Shown here: positions 30,439-41,891 of the stretch, piece after piece | Layout: every line of letters begins with the position of its first letter | Numbering within the stretch: the first letter of the stretch is position 1 | Source: an uncultured Alphaproteobacteria bacterium | GTDB lineage: Bacteria > Pseudomonadota > Alphaproteobacteria > Rhizobiales > Beijerinckiaceae | Length of the DNA stretch: 64,000 nt | NCBI GenBank assembly: GCA_963832175.1 | Contig: CAWHTC010000003.1 | Location: forward strand, 886,080-950,079 | Reading direction: 5' to 3' | Notes under the pieces: model-generated | Databases searched by the model: none | The model's input: only the letters and a program-made list of their open reading frames with translations | Told to the model about the DNA's origin: nothing | Made by a program: the position numbers and the translations under genes

Positions 30439-30894
30439 ATGCCGGAGGCCGGTAACACGCTCACACTAGAGACCACGCAAGGGCCGGTTGTGATAGAAAT
30501 GCGGCCCGATCTCGCCCCAACCCATGTTGCGCACATCAAGAAGCTTGCCGGCGAGAAGTTCTACGACGGCATCGTTTTCCACCGCGTGATCGAGGGGTTC
30601 ATGGCCCAGACCGGATGCCCGCACGGGACCGGGACCGGCGGCTCGAAATATCCCAATCTCAGGGCGGAGTTCAATGCCGAGCCGCACGTACGCGGCACCT
30701 GTTCCATGGCGCGCGCGCAGGACGTAAATTCGGCCAACTCGCAGTTCTTCATTTGCTTTGGCGACGCGCGCTTTCTCGACAAGCAATATACCGTCTGGGG
30801 GAAGGTCACGGCGGGCATGCAGAACGTCGACAAGTTCAAACGCGGCGAACCCGTCCGCGATCCCGATAGGATCGTTTCCGCGACCGTCGGCTGA
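30439..30894 (+). CDS. Cyclophilin-type peptidyl-prolyl isomerase
   Basis: FYDGIVFHRVIEGFMAQTG, SMARAQDVNSANSQFFI. Confidence 0.95.
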   Translation: MPEAGNTLTLETTQGPVVIEMRPDLAPTHVAHIKKLAGEKFYDGIVFHRVIEGFMAQTGCPHGTGTGGSKYPNLRAEFNAEPHVRGTCSMARAQDVNSANSQFFICFGDARFLDKQYTVWGKVTAGMQNVDKFKRGEPVRDPDRIVSATVG

Positions 30895-31009
30895 CGCCCC
30901 AAACGCATGATCGCGAAGTTTGCAGCGCCCGGCGCGGTCTTGCCGGGCCGGCGGCGCCAGTCGTAATTCAAAATATATGAATTAGACATGCAGTTGGAAG
31001 GGAACGCTT

Positions 31010-31420
31010 ATGAGAGCCAGTATGGTCACTTTAGCAGCTGCCTCGGTGTTTTTTCCAAATTATGCGTCGGCTCAAGCACTTGATGCGAATTGCAGGACGT
31101 TGACGTCGAGCTATGGCTCGTCAGGCACGCTAGATGACACCATTAGAGACGCCAATACGACAAATATCGCTCCTGCAGATTTTTACGATACAGTTGCATG
31201 TGAATGTCGTCTCAACCTGAAACAGACGGTCAAGGAAGCTGTTTCAAAAGCTATCGCCGCAACGAATGTGGGGCTTTGGGCCGCAGAGCCTATGCATCAC
31301 GATTTGACGGCACAAGAGAATAGAGAAGCAGACGCGTTCGCGAATTGGATTAAGGGGCATGGAAGCCGCCCCAGAATGCATGGTTTGTTGGCTTGCGCAT
31401 ATTCGAGACCGGCAGAATAA
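31010..31420 (+). CDS. Hypothetical secreted protein
   Basis: Signal-peptide-like N-terminus (ASA/Q); lower GC; inserted between the cyclophilin gene and queA. Confidence 0.55.
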   Translation: MRASMVTLAAASVFFPNYASAQALDANCRTLTSSYGSSGTLDDTIRDANTTNIAPADFYDTVACECRLNLKQTVKEAVSKAIAATNVGLWAAEPMHHDLTAQENREADAFANWIKGHGSRPRMHGLLACAYSRPAE

Positions 31421-31493
31421 GATCGGCGATCAACCTGCTGGCAAATTGCTGTGTGCAGAATTTAGGCCGGACCGCTGGCGAACAACTCACTTC

Positions 31494-32592
31494 ATGCGCG
31501 TAAATCTGTTCGATTTCGATCTGCCTCCGGAACGCATTGCGCTGCGCCCCGCGGAACCGCGCGATGCGGCGCGGCTTCTCATCGTCCGGCCACATGGCTC
31601 GCCGCGTTTCGAGGACCGTGCGGTCCTCGACCTGCCGGTTCAACTTGCGCCCGGCGACGTTCTCGCCGTCAACGACACGCGAGTCATCCGCGCGGGGCTC
31701 TATGGGGTTCGCGTGCGCGGCAAAACCTCGGCCCGGATCGAGGCAACCTTGATGAGACGCGAAGGCGAAGCGTTGTGGCGCGCTTACGTGCGGCCGGCGA
31801 AAAAGCTGAAGCAAGGCGAAGTCATTCGCTTCGCCGCCGTAAGCGGCATGGCAAACGGAGCGGAGAACTCTCGACGCCGAGGTGGTTTCAAAAGGCGACG
31901 AAGGAGACGTTTTGCTGAAGTTCGTTGTGCCCGCCGAGACGCTTGACACGGCAATCGAACGAATAGGCCAAATGCCCCTGCCGCCATATATTTCGAGTCG
32001 GAGGCCAGCCGACGATAAGGACACGCAAGACTATCAGACGCTGTTCGCGCAAAAGCCCGGCGCGGTCGCGGCGCCGACCGCAAGCCTCCATTTCACGCCA
32101 AGGCTCGCCGCCGCGCTTGCCGCGCGGGGCGTCCTTATTCAAAGAGTGACGCTGCATGTGGGGCCGGGCACGTTCTTGCCGGTCAAGGCGAAGGACACCT
32201 CGGACCACAAGATGCACGCCGAATGGGGCGAGGTTAGCCAAGCTGCGGCGGACGTTCTGAACAAGACTCGCGCATCGGGAGGACGGATCATTGCCGCGGG
32301 GACGACGAGCCTCCGGATTCTCAAATCGGCGGCAGGGCCGGATGGAAAGATCGAGGCTTTTGCCGGCGAAACGTCGATCTTCATTACTCCGGGCTATATG
32401 TTCAAGGCGGCCGATGTGCTGTTGACCAATTTTCATCTGCCGCTCTCGACGCTTTTCATGCTTGCTGCCGCTTTTTCCGGCATTGAGACCATGCGCGCTG
32501 CCTATGCCCACGCGATCGCCGAAAACTACCGGTTCTATAGCTATGGCGACGCATGTTTGCTGTTTCCGGCCGCCGCGGAGAATAGCGCGTGA
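31494..32592 (+). pseudogene. queA: tRNA preQ1 S-adenosylmethionine ribosyltransferase-isomerase, frameshift at about 31867
   Basis: [53 protein letters not shown]. Confidence 0.93.
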
Positions 32593-33728
32593 CGGGTATT
32601 TTCCGTTTCGAAGTCGCAAGCCTTGACGGTGCGGCGCGCGCGGGACTAATCACAACTCCCCGCGGAAAAATCCGTACGCCTGCCTTCATGCCGGTCGGCA
32701 CGGCCGGAACCGTCAAGGCGATGCATCCCGAAGCGGTAAAGGCGCAGGGCGCCGATATCGTGCTCGCCAACACTTATCATCTCATGCTGCGGCCAGGGCC
32801 GGAGCGAATCGCGATGCTCGGCGGCCTGCATAAATTCATGAACTGGCCGTGGCCGATCCTGACCGATTCCGGCGGGTTCCAGGTCATGTCGCTCGCCAAA
32901 CTCCGAAAGCTCGACGAGAACGGGGTGACCTTTCAATCCCACATCGATGGTGCGCGGCATGTGTTGACTCCCGAGCGGACGATGGAGATTCAGGATCTGC
33001 TCGGTTCCGACATCGCGATGCAGTTTGACGAATGCGTCAGATTTCCCTGCGCGGACGCGGAAGCGCGCCGCGCCATGCTCATGTCGCTGAGATGGGCGGA
33101 GCGCTCCAAGGCGGCGTTTGTAGCGAAGCCGGGATGCGCCTTGTTCGGCATCGTCCAGGGCGGTGCGGACGAAGCATTGCGAGTTGAAAGCGCGCAAGCG
33201 CTCGCGGACATGGGATTTGACGGTTACGGGCTGGGCGGGCTTGCCGTCGGCGAGCCACGGATGGTCATGCTCGCCATGATCGAATGCGTGCTGCCGTGGT
33301 TGCCTGACGCCAAGCCTCGCTATCTCATGGGTGTTGGCACGCCGGACGATCTTGTGGAGGCCGTATCGCGGGGCATCGACATGTTCGATTGCGTGTTGCC
33401 GACGCGCGCCGGACGCCATGGTCTTGCCTACACGAGGTCCGGGCGGCTCAATTTGCGCAATGCGCGCCACGCCAGCGATCCGTCCCCGGTCGATCCGCTG
33501 TCGTCTTGCGCGGCTGCCAGAACCTATTCCCGCGCCTATTTGCATCACCTCGTCAAGTCGGGCGAGATTCTCGGCATGATGCTGCTGACAGAAATTAATC
33601 TCGCCTATTACCAGGATCTGATGGAGGCCATGCGCCGCGCCATCGCGGCCGGATGCTTCGGCGATTTTTGTAATGCGGCCAAGATGGCTTGGCGGACCGG
33701 CGACACGCGCGGCAAGCTTGATGCGTGA
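32589..33728 (+). CDS. tgt: tRNA-guanine transglycosylase
   Basis: [42 protein letters not shown]. Confidence 0.97.
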   Translation: MTGIFRFEVASLDGAARAGLITTPRGKIRTPAFMPVGTAGTVKAMHPEAVKAQGADIVLANTYHLMLRPGPERIAMLGGLHKFMNWPWPILTDSGGFQVMSLAKLRKLDENGVTFQSHIDGARHVLTPERTMEIQDLLGSDIAMQFDECVRFPCADAEARRAMLMSLRWAERSKAAFVAKPGCALFGIVQGGADEALRVESAQALADMGFDGYGLGGLAVGEPRMVMLAMIECVLPWLPDAKPRYLMGVGTPDDLVEAVSRGIDMFDCVLPTRAGRHGLAYTRSGRLNLRNARHASDPSPVDPLSSCAAARTYSRAYLHHLVKSGEILGMMLLTEINLAYYQDLMEAMRRAIAAGCFGDFCNAAKMAWRTGDTRGKLDA

Positions 33729-33880
33729 TGAACAAGGTGTTCTCGCCGAATTCTGGCGGATTGTATCCGGCCAATCGCACCAAATTCCCGCGCGGAAATA
33801 TTCGCTTGGTATTTTAGATAAAATCACCGCTTGCGGTTATCCTCCCAACCAAATTTTTCCGCTTGATGAACGGAGTTTGG

Positions 33881-34385
33881 GTGGAGCAAACGCAAGAGCT
33901 TTTGCAAAAATGGGATGACCGGGCACGCCGCCTCTCCGCGCATGGAGATTTCTGGTGAAGGGCTGACGCCCGGCGCCGGAACGGTGCTTGCCGGGATGGC
34001 GCAAGACGAGCGGGGCCGCCCGAGGCTCGCGCTCGACGATGAGCACCGCATCTTGGCGCTTCTCGCGACGGCTTATGCCCGGCCGGTGGAAGCTTGCGTT
34101 GCCGCCAAGCTTCGGCGCGCCTGCGAGCGCTGGACCGAAGGCGAGAAAGCGCTCGCCCATATTCATTTCGCCCACGCCGGCGTGCCGCCCTGCGGCCCGG
34201 ATCAGGCCTTGCGTCTCTTCGTGGCGGACGAACTCATCGAAGCCGGCGTTACGCCAGAGACGCTGTTGAAGGCGCAAGGTTTCGATCCGGCTTCGCTTGC
34301 GCTCTCGAAATACAGTGCCGATCAACCCCGCGTTCCGGCGGGTAGCGGGCGCGAAAGCGGCCGATGGACACCTGACAGCAACCCG
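33881..34385 (+). pseudogene. Truncated protein with conserved polymorphic-toxin-like N-terminal region ending in KYSADQPRVPAGSGRESGRWT
   Basis: Y.xDQPRVPAG...G.WT motif recalled from phage- and toxin-associated proteins; no plausible domain follows. Confidence 0.5.
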
Positions 34386-34533
34386 CTGGTCAACTCACCT
34401 CACTCTTGCCCCGCGCACAGGTCTCGGAAACATTTTGGTAAGTTTAAGCAAAATCGGACAGTATGCGTCCGGAGCCGCCAACCGGTGCCTGCGCCGGCGC
34501 CTTTCGCAACCTACCAAAAGGACAATTGAGCGC

Positions 34534-35430
34534 GTGACTCGCCTGGTGCGCGGATTGGCCGATCTCGCGAGCGGATACAATGTCATTTTGAGCGACGTCT
34601 GGGGCGTCGTCCACAATGAACTCATCGCCTTCGAGAAAGCCGCCGAGGCGCTTGTCCGCTTCCGGGCGGGCGGCGGCAAGGTCGTGCTTATGACGAACTC
34701 GCCCAACCCCAGCCGGATCGTGGAGGCGCAGCTCAACTGGCTTGGCGTAACGCGAAAATCCTACGATGCGATCGTCTCATCCGGCGACGTCACCGTTTCC
34801 CTACTCGTCGAGCGCGCCGGCGCTGGCTTGTTTCACCTTGGCCCGCCTGACGAAATCGCCCTGTTCGAGGAGGTTTTGGCGTTGGGTGTAGAGGCGCCCC
34901 GCCTCGTGCCGCTGAAAAAAGCGAACTTCGTCCTCTGCACCGGCCTTGCCGATCCCTGGCACGAGACGCCCGCCGATTACGAAGAACTCCTCGCCGCCAT
35001 GCGCGCGCGGAACCTGGAGCTCATTTGCGCCAATCCCGATATTGTGGTGGAGGACGGCGGCAAGCTGTTTTATTGTGCCGGCGCGATCGCGGAACGCTAC
35101 GCCGGGGCGGGCGGCAAGGTGATCCAGGCCGGCAAGCCTTTTGCCCCGATTTTCGCGCGGGCGCTCGAACTGGCGCGGGGGCCGGGCCCCAAAATCATCG
35201 ATCGCGCGCGGGTCCTGGTGATTGGCGACGCCATGCGAACCGATATCAAAGGCGCTCACGACCAGGGCTTTGATAGTCTCTTTGTGACCTCCGGCATCCA
35301 TCGCAACGAGCTGCATGGCACCGCACATTACACCGGCCTCGACGCCGCCGCGTTCCGCCAGTTCATGGAAGCCGCGGATTTGCGCCGACGGCGGCGATCC
35401 CCGAGCTGGTTTGGTAGAAAGTTCCGGTGA
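34534..35430 (+). CDS. HAD-superfamily class IIA hydrolase (C-terminal frameshift at about 35380)
   Basis: ILSDVWGVVHN, TNSP, CANPDIVV, GKPFAPIF, IGDAMRTDI. Confidence 0.9.
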   Translation: MTRLVRGLADLASGYNVILSDVWGVVHNELIAFEKAAEALVRFRAGGGKVVLMTNSPNPSRIVEAQLNWLGVTRKSYDAIVSSGDVTVSLLVERAGAGLFHLGPPDEIALFEEVLALGVEAPRLVPLKKANFVLCTGLADPWHETPADYEELLAAMRARNLELICANPDIVVEDGGKLFYCAGAIAERYAGAGGKVIQAGKPFAPIFARALELARGPGPKIIDRARVLVIGDAMRTDIKGAHDQGFDSLFVTSGIHRNELHGTAHYTGLDAAAFRQFMEAADLRRRRRSPSWFGRKFR

Positions 35431-35533
35431 GGCGGCATGGCGCGGCCTTGACGCCGGCCCTTCCGCGATGCAGTTTTCCGCCGAGTCCGGAGCTCTGCCG
35501 GCGCCCGCATGGCGTCTTACGATTTGGGTTCCC

Positions 35534-36508
35534 TTGGCCGATCCTTTTTCCGCCAAAAAATTCATTGTTGCCATCGATCCGGCCCTACCGCCGCCCGGAC
35601 TTGCGGGCGCGGTGGTCGCGATCGGCAATTTCGATGGCATTCATCGGGGTCATCTCGCGGTGATTAAGCGCGCCTTGACGCTGGCCCAGGAACTTAACTG
35701 TCCCTCCATGGTCCTCACCTTCGAGCCGCATCCGGCCGATTTTTTCCGGGGTCCCAACACGATTTTCCGCCTCACGCCGCGCGACGCCAAGGCCAGGGCG
35801 GTGGAACAGCTCGGCATCGACGGCATGATCGTGATCACCTTCGACAAGGTTTTGGCGAGCCTTCCGGCCGAGGCCTTCATCGTTGAAATCCTGGTCCGCC
35901 GTCTAAACGTCCGCGCCGTCATCGCTGGCTATGATTTCCATTTTGGCGCGGGCCGCTCCGGCTCGCCCGCTTTTCTCAAGGAAGCGGGCAAACGGCATGA
36001 TTTTGCCGTCGAGATCGTGGATCGGGTTTTGGTGGGCACGGCGGACGATAACGAAGCTGCCTCTTCGACGGCAGCCCGTGCGGCACTTGAGGCGGGCGAC
36101 GTAGAAGATGCCGCGCGACTGCTCGGCCACCCCTTTGCCATCATGGGCAAAGTCATCCACGGCCAGGAACTCGGCCGGACATTGGGATTTCCGACGGCCA
36201 ATCTTTTGCCGGACCCGAGTTGCCGGTTGCGCCACGGCATCTACGCGGTTCGTGTTGTCGCCAGGGCAAAAACCTATGCCGGCGTGGCGAGTTACGGTCG
36301 CCGCCCGACGTTCGACAATGGCCAGGCGCTGTTGGAAGCTTTTCTGTTCGATTTTTCCGGCGAGCTTTACGGCGAGACGATCGAGGTTTTCTTCATCGGC
36401 TGGATCCGGGCCGAGGCGAAATTCGCTTCGGCCGCCGCGCTCGTCGCGCAAATGAAACGCGACGAAGCGCAAGCAAGAGCGATCCTACGGGCGCAATCCG
36501 CGAGTTGA
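35534..36508 (+). CDS. ribF: Bifunctional riboflavin kinase/FAD synthetase
   Basis: AIGNFDGIHRGH, GYDFHFG, GRTLGFPTAN, GRRPTF, LEAFLFDF. Confidence 0.95.
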   Translation: MADPFSAKKFIVAIDPALPPPGLAGAVVAIGNFDGIHRGHLAVIKRALTLAQELNCPSMVLTFEPHPADFFRGPNTIFRLTPRDAKARAVEQLGIDGMIVITFDKVLASLPAEAFIVEILVRRLNVRAVIAGYDFHFGAGRSGSPAFLKEAGKRHDFAVEIVDRVLVGTADDNEAASSTAARAALEAGDVEDAARLLGHPFAIMGKVIHGQELGRTLGFPTANLLPDPSCRLRHGIYAVRVVARAKTYAGVASYGRRPTFDNGQALLEAFLFDFSGELYGETIEVFFIGWIRAEAKFASAAALVAQMKRDEAQARAILRAQSAS

Positions 36509-36723
36509 AACCAACGGACCTGCGGGCGAGATAAGGCAATAGCACGTCTTGCCTGCGCGAGCCCACATGGGCGGAATCGATTTGGCTCATTTGCTTGGCG
36601 TCAATACCAAGCATCTCCATGCAACAAGCTAAGCGCCTCCGCCCAACTTTGGCCGCAAAACTTAAGACGAATGGCACCTCGACTGGTGCATCGCTCCCGC
36701 GCCGGCAGGACTAAAGGACAACA

Positions 36724-37323
36724 ATGGTCCGCACATTTGCCCGCACCGGCATCCTTCTCGCCCTCTTGAACGGATCTCCGGCGTTCGCCTTCAATAACCC
36801 GCTCAGCGGCGTGCAGCTGGCTAACTTTAATCCGCTCAGCCGCGGGCCGCTGGCCGACTTTCTTAATCTTTTTCGGCAACAGGCCATACCGCGGCAGGTC
36901 GTCGCTTGGCACGGCGGCCATGCGCCGGGCACGGTCGTCATCTCGACGAGCGAGCGCCGCCTCTATTATGTCCTCGGGAGTGGCGAAGCGATCCGGTACG
37001 GCGTCGGCGTTGGCCGGCAAGGTTTTACTTGGTCCGGCACGAAGACGGTAACGATGAAACGCCAATGGCCGGATTGGAGTTCGCCGCCGCAAATGCTCAA
37101 GCGCCGCCCCAACCTGCCACGCCATATGGCTGGCGGAATGGACAATCCGCTCGGCGCGCGCGCGATTTATCTTGGCTCCAGCCTCTATCGCATTCATGGG
37201 TCGAACGAGCCGGATACAATCGGGGCCGCCGTGTCGTCGGGCTGCATTCGGATGACCAACCAGGATGTCGTTGATCTGTCCGATCGGGTTAGGGTGGGCA
37301 CGAAAGTCGTCGTGATCCGGTAG
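36724..37323 (+). CDS. L,D-transpeptidase (YkuD/ErfK)
   Basis: YGVGVGRQG, NPLGARAIYL, YRIHGSNEP..IG.AVSSGCIRM. Confidence 0.95.
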   Translation: MVRTFARTGILLALLNGSPAFAFNNPLSGVQLANFNPLSRGPLADFLNLFRQQAIPRQVVAWHGGHAPGTVVISTSERRLYYVLGSGEAIRYGVGVGRQGFTWSGTKTVTMKRQWPDWSSPPQMLKRRPNLPRHMAGGMDNPLGARAIYLGSSLYRIHGSNEPDTIGAAVSSGCIRMTNQDVVDLSDRVRVGTKVVVIR

Positions 37324-37537
37324 CATGGCAGGTAAGTGAAAACACCTGGGGGGCGCGGCCAAGCGCCTTTCCCGCGCGAGTCCGACGGGCAGGTCAGCTT
37401 CAGTTTTGTCCGCGTCACGCCAGAAGCGGACCTTCAGCAACACGCCAGAAGTGGAGATTCCCGCGCATGAAATCCTGTTCCATGGAACGCGCGGAACCGT
37501 CCACGCGTTTGCTGCAGCGGGGAGGGAGGAGACCGCC

Positions 37538-39128
37538 ATGACTAGTCGGATGGCTAAAATTCTCGCAGCGGCGATCGCGTTCGGGTTCGGTCTCGAAACC
37601 TCGTTCGCGCCGGGCATGATGCCTGGCGCGATGAGCGAAGCTTTTGGTCGATCCGGCGGCGGCGGTCACTTCGGTGGCGGTCACTTCGGTGGCGGTCACT
37701 TCGGTGGCGGTCACTTCGGCGGCGGTCACTTCGGCGGCGGTCACTTCGGCGGCGGTCATTTCGGTGGCGGTCACTTCGGCGGCGGTCATTTCGGTGGCGG
37801 TCACTTCGGCGGCGGTCATTTCGGCGGCATGCACTTCGGCGGGGGACATTTCGGTGGACGGCACTTCGGCGGCAGGCACTTCGGTGGCGGTCACTTCGGC
37901 GGCAGGCACTTCGGTGGCGGTCACTTCGGCGGCAGGCACTTCGGTGGACGGCATTTCGGCGGCAGCCACTTTGGCGGTGGCCGTTTTGGGCACGCAAACT
38001 TGGCATTGGGGTGCCGGCTGGAACGATTGGGGGAGCGGATGGGGCTATTGGGCAGGCCCGGTTTTCTGGCCCTTCTTTTTCGGCGATGCGCTGACGTTCG
38101 CGCTCTGGCCATATGCCTTCTACGACCCATTCTTCGCCTACGGGCCCGACTTGTTGCTGACCAGCATCTTCTGGCCGGGGCCCTTTTTCTCGCCCTATTA
38201 CGCCTACAATCCTTATTACAATGGGGAAAGCCCATATTACTATGGGGAAAACACTCTATTCAACATCTACGGCAACGCCCCTTATGCCAACGGCTACGCC
38301 TCTTACGGCTACTACGGGGGACGCCATCATCGTCGCCATCATCGGGTTGATGCGGCCCGCTCCGTGGCCTATGCCAAGCTTGAGGCTGGCTCCAACAGCG
38401 CCCTGACCTGCGGTGGCCTGGCGCCTGGTGTCGTGAGCTTACCGATTGACCAGATCGAGCGGGCGATCCGGCCTACTGATGCGCAGGTCGCAGTGCTGGA
38501 CGATCTCAAGGCGGCGTCCGCACGGGCTGATAACATCTTACGGGCTTCGTGTCCGATGGAAGTCCCGCTCACGCCGATCGCGCGACTCGACGCCGTCATG
38601 AAACGAATCCAGGCGATGAGTCAGGCCGTGCAGATCCTACAACCGCCACTCACGACGCTCTACAATTCTTTGGTTGACGAGCAGAAAGATCAATTCGCGG
38701 CCATCGGCGCGCAGACCAAATATCGGCGCGCCAGAATCGCACGAAAAGAATCGCCTGCGAGCAATCTCGGCGGTTTGTGCAAGCAGGAGACGGAGAACTT
38801 CACGCAATTGCCGGTACGGCGCATCAAGGAGTTGATCGAGCCGACCGAGCAGCAGAATGCCGCTTTCGACGCGCTAAAATCGGCTTCGGCCAAGGCCGTT
38901 GCGGACCTTGACGCCTCCTGCCCAGCTGACATTCCGCAGACACTGACGGGCCGGCTCGATGCGGTGGGCAAACGCCTTGATGCCCTTGCCGACGCGGTCA
39001 ACACCGTGAGACCGGCGCTGGCGGATTTCTACAACTCGTTGACCGATGAGCAGAAGTCGCGCTTCAACGTGATCGGCCGTGCCTCACCTGCGGCTATTCC
39101 GCAAGGGGAAACGAGATCCGGCGGCTAA
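37538..39128 (+). pseudogene. Secreted protein: (GGxHF)n repeat, aromatic-rich linker and Spy/CpxP-like (LTxxQ) helical domains; frameshift at about 38000
   Basis: One extra T in AAC TTG GCA vs AAC TGG CAT; duplicated 'PTxxQ.A...L..AS.KA...L.ASCP...P.T...RLDA' and 'YNSLTDEQK' units. Confidence 0.7.
37661..37990 (+). repeat. 15-bp coding tandem repeat (about 21-22 copies of GGxHF)
   Basis: GGCGGTCACTTCGG(T/C) units counted directly. Confidence 0.95.
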
Positions 39129-39303
39129 GGGCGGCCACCATACTTGACAATGCACGTGGGGCCAAAGAGCCAATTGTGCCAAACAATGCGGATCGCGTCG
39201 CAGGTGCCTCTAGATAAACTCAAATACGAATCGAAAAAGCGATTCTCCGCCGATAGGTCTGCTTTGGGCCAAAACCCGCCGCCAACCTTGCCGCCGCACG
39301 TTT

Positions 39304-39837
39304 TCAATGTCCCGCAAAAGACATCAGCGTTCTGACCGGCACGCCCATGGCTTTGATTTTTTTGGCGCCGCCGAGATCCGGCAGATCGATCACGAAACAC
39401 GCCGCCACCACATCGGCGCCGATTTTCTTCATTAGCCCAACCGCGCCCTCCGCCGTGCCGCCGGTCGCGATCAGATCATCGACGAGTATGACCCTTTCGC
39501 CGGGCGCCACGGCGTCCTCGTGCATTTCCATCTCGTCGAGCCCATATTCGAGCGAATAGGCAATCGACACTGTTGTGTGCGGCAGCTTGCCTTTCTTGCG
39601 GATCGGCACGAAGCCGGCCGAGAGCTGATGCGCGACCGCGCCGCCCAAAATAAACCCGCGCGCTTCGATCCCCGCGACCTTGTCGATCTTGGTTCCGGCC
39701 CAGGGCTGCACCAATTCGTCGATCGCGCGGCGAAACGCGCGGGCATCGCCGAGAAGCGTCGTGATGTCCCGGAACGTGATGCCTTGCTTCGGGTAATCGG
39801 GAATCGTGCGGATCATGTCCTTGAGGTCGCGGGTCAT
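39304..39837 (-). CDS. apt: Adenine phosphoribosyltransferase
   Basis: [36 protein letters not shown]. Confidence 0.96.
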   Translation of the reverse strand: MTRDLKDMIRTIPDYPKQGITFRDITTLLGDARAFRRAIDELVQPWAGTKIDKVAGIEARGFILGGAVAHQLSAGFVPIRKKGKLPHTTVSIAYSLEYGLDEMEMHEDAVAPGERVILVDDLIATGGTAEGAVGLMKKIGADVVAACFVIDLPDLGGAKKIKAMGVPVRTLMSFAGH

Positions 39838-40709
39838 GAACGATTGACCCGTTGCATGATCGCCTCCAGCTTCTTCATCAGAGTCGGGTCGCGGGCCGGG
39901 GCCGGGGTCAGCACGGCATGATCGAGCGCCCGGTCGGAACCAATCGGACAGGGCTCGTGCTCGGCCGGAAAGTCCCGCAACAGCCGCGCCAAAAGCTTCG
40001 CCGCGTTTCCGGTGTTGGCTTCCACCACTCTGATGACCGAGGCGACATCGACATTGTCGTGCTTCGGGTGCCAGCAATCGAAATCGGTGACCATCGCGAT
40101 CATTGCGTAGGAAATCTCCGCCTCGCGGGCGAGTTTGGCTTCGGGCATCGCGGTCATGCCGATGACATCGCCGCTCGCGGCCTTGTAGGCAAGCGATTCG
40201 GCGAGCGAGGAGAATTGCGGGCCTTCAATGCAGACATAAGTCCCGCCGTTGACGACAGCGATGTTTTCGGCCGCCGCCGCCGCCGCGATTTGTTCGAGCA
40301 GCAAAGGCGCGACCGGATGCGCCATCGAGACATGGGCGACGCAGCCATTGCCGAAAAACGAGCTCTGTCGCGTAAAAGTTCTGTCGATGAATTGATCGAC
40401 GAGCACGAAAAGCCCCGGATAAAGCTCCGGCTTGAACGAGCCGCAGGCGGAAACCGAAATGATGTCGGTGACGCCGGCGCGCTTCAGCGCGTCGATATTG
40501 GCACGATAATTGATGCCCGAGGGCGACAATTTGTGGCCGCGCCCGTGGCGGGGCAGGAATACGGCTTCGGTCTGTCCGATCCGGCCGAAGCGAAGCGCAT
40601 CCGAAGGCTCGCCCCACGGCGTCGCCACCCATTCCTCGCGGATGTCTTCGAGACCCGGCAGTTCATAGACGCCCGATCCCCCGATGATGCCCACGATTGC
40701 TTTTGTCAT
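39834..40709 (-). CDS. mtnP: S-methyl-5'-thioadenosine phosphorylase
   Basis: [51 protein letters not shown]. Confidence 0.93.
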   Translation of the reverse strand: MTKAIVGIIGGSGVYELPGLEDIREEWVATPWGEPSDALRFGRIGQTEAVFLPRHGRGHKLSPSGINYRANIDALKRAGVTDIISVSACGSFKPELYPGLFVLVDQFIDRTFTRQSSFFGNGCVAHVSMAHPVAPLLLEQIAAAAAAENIAVVNGGTYVCIEGPQFSSLAESLAYKAASGDVIGMTAMPEAKLAREAEISYAMIAMVTDFDCWHPKHDNVDVASVIRVVEANTGNAAKLLARLLRDFPAEHEPCPIGSDRALDHAVLTPAPARDPTLMKKLEAIMQRVNRS

Positions 40710-41047
40710 AAAATCTCCGGTTCCTTGAGCGCCGCAGGTTCCACTTGTTGCGGCCGGTCCGCAAGTGAAAAGGACCGCTCCGGGACTGCGCACCCTGCGG
40801 ACCGTCGCGGCCTCATGATGAATTCATGGCCCGAAAAATTGATAGGTGGTGGTATAGGGAACCCGCGCGGCATCGCCCACAATGGGCCGCGCCCGGCGGT
40901 CCGGCACCGGCTGCTGGTATTGACCGGGCGAATAAAACTCGCGCCATCGAGCTTCCCCGCGCCTGGTGCGATTGCGCGGGGAACGCACATTGCGTTGGTT
41001 GAGCTTCAAACCCTGATTCTGCGGTGAAACATGAAAACAGGGGACGC

Positions 41048-41150
41048 TAGACCATGATCGCTTCAAGTTGAATCGCTCATGGTCTCTATGTCTTTGTTTT
41101 ATCGCAGATCTTATCCAAAAAGTCTGCAACTTTTTGGGATCATGCTCTAG
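41048..41150. repeat. MITE-like intergenic repeat (copy of 6236-6339)
   Basis: Direct sequence match with a few substitutions. Confidence 0.8.
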
Positions 41151-41189
41151 ATCCCGTGTAGCAATTCAAATTGTATGATTTTTTATCTG

Positions 41190-41891
41190 TTACGGCTTAA
41201 TTTGGTTGGGCGAAGCGCAAAAACTTGCCAACGAGATGGCTTTCCTCGTCACCAAGTCGTCGGCGTCGACGGAATCACCGCTCGCTCCGGCCCCGCCGAG
41301 GAGCTTGTGCGACGTGCAATCGTACACAGGCACCCCTCCGGCGAAGGGAACTACCCCGAAGTGCCGTGTGCCGCAGGTGTATCCGGTTGCGCGCTCGGTA
41401 TGGCGAAGCAGATTAGTCGCCCATACGCCCCAAAGGGGCCCAGGCCCAGCATTGGTGCCGGTTGTGTTGCCGAAAGTACCAGTATCATCAATTCTGGAGG
41501 CAAGCCCCACACCCCTGCTGTCCACGGCCACTTCACTGTTGCTAAAGGAGGTAGTCCAAGCTTTGGCGACGGCAATCAACTCGCTTAACCGAGCCGCATC
41601 GGAGTTGAATTCGGTTTTGACGCAGCCGTCTTCGTTGGTATCCGAGGAGCGGACTGCCAACAACGTGCCCTCGCGATCCGTCGCCGCGCACCACCACACG
41701 CCGTTGCCTGTCTTTGGTCGAAACAGAATGGTTTTGGGGAAATTTTTATTCACGAAACTAGCCGCCACCTGGCATGCCTTTGCTATGACGTCACCTTGGC
41801 CTTGGGTCAACCCCTGCGCCCGCACGGCATTGGAACCAAAAGCAAATGCGACAACAAATGCCAATGGAATCATTTTGTGTAGACTTTTCAT
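41190..41891 (-). CDS. Secreted GlcG/HbpS-like (heme-binding, DUF336) protein
   Basis: Signal peptide; IAVAKAWT; PFAGGVPVY..LLGGAGASGD..DAD. Confidence 0.7.
   Translation of the reverse strand: MKSLHKMIPLAFVVAFAFGSNAVRAQGLTQGQGDVIAKACQVAASFVNKNFPKTILFRPKTGNGVWWCAATDREGTLLAVRSSDTNEDGCVKTEFNSDAARLSELIAVAKAWTTSFSNSEVAVDSRGVGLASRIDDTGTFGNTTGTNAGPGPLWGVWATNLLRHTERATGYTCGTRHFGVVPFAGGVPVYDCTSHKLLGGAGASGDSVDADDLVTRKAISLASFCASPNQIKP

Noticed and set aside
37415-39128. TEV/AEV- and SAAVT-repeat ORFs in other frames of the 15-bp repeat
   Set aside because: Alternative-frame readings of the GGxHF repeat; only the GGxHF frame has a signal peptide and RBS (the 3' part of 37644-39128 is the true C-terminus after the frameshift)
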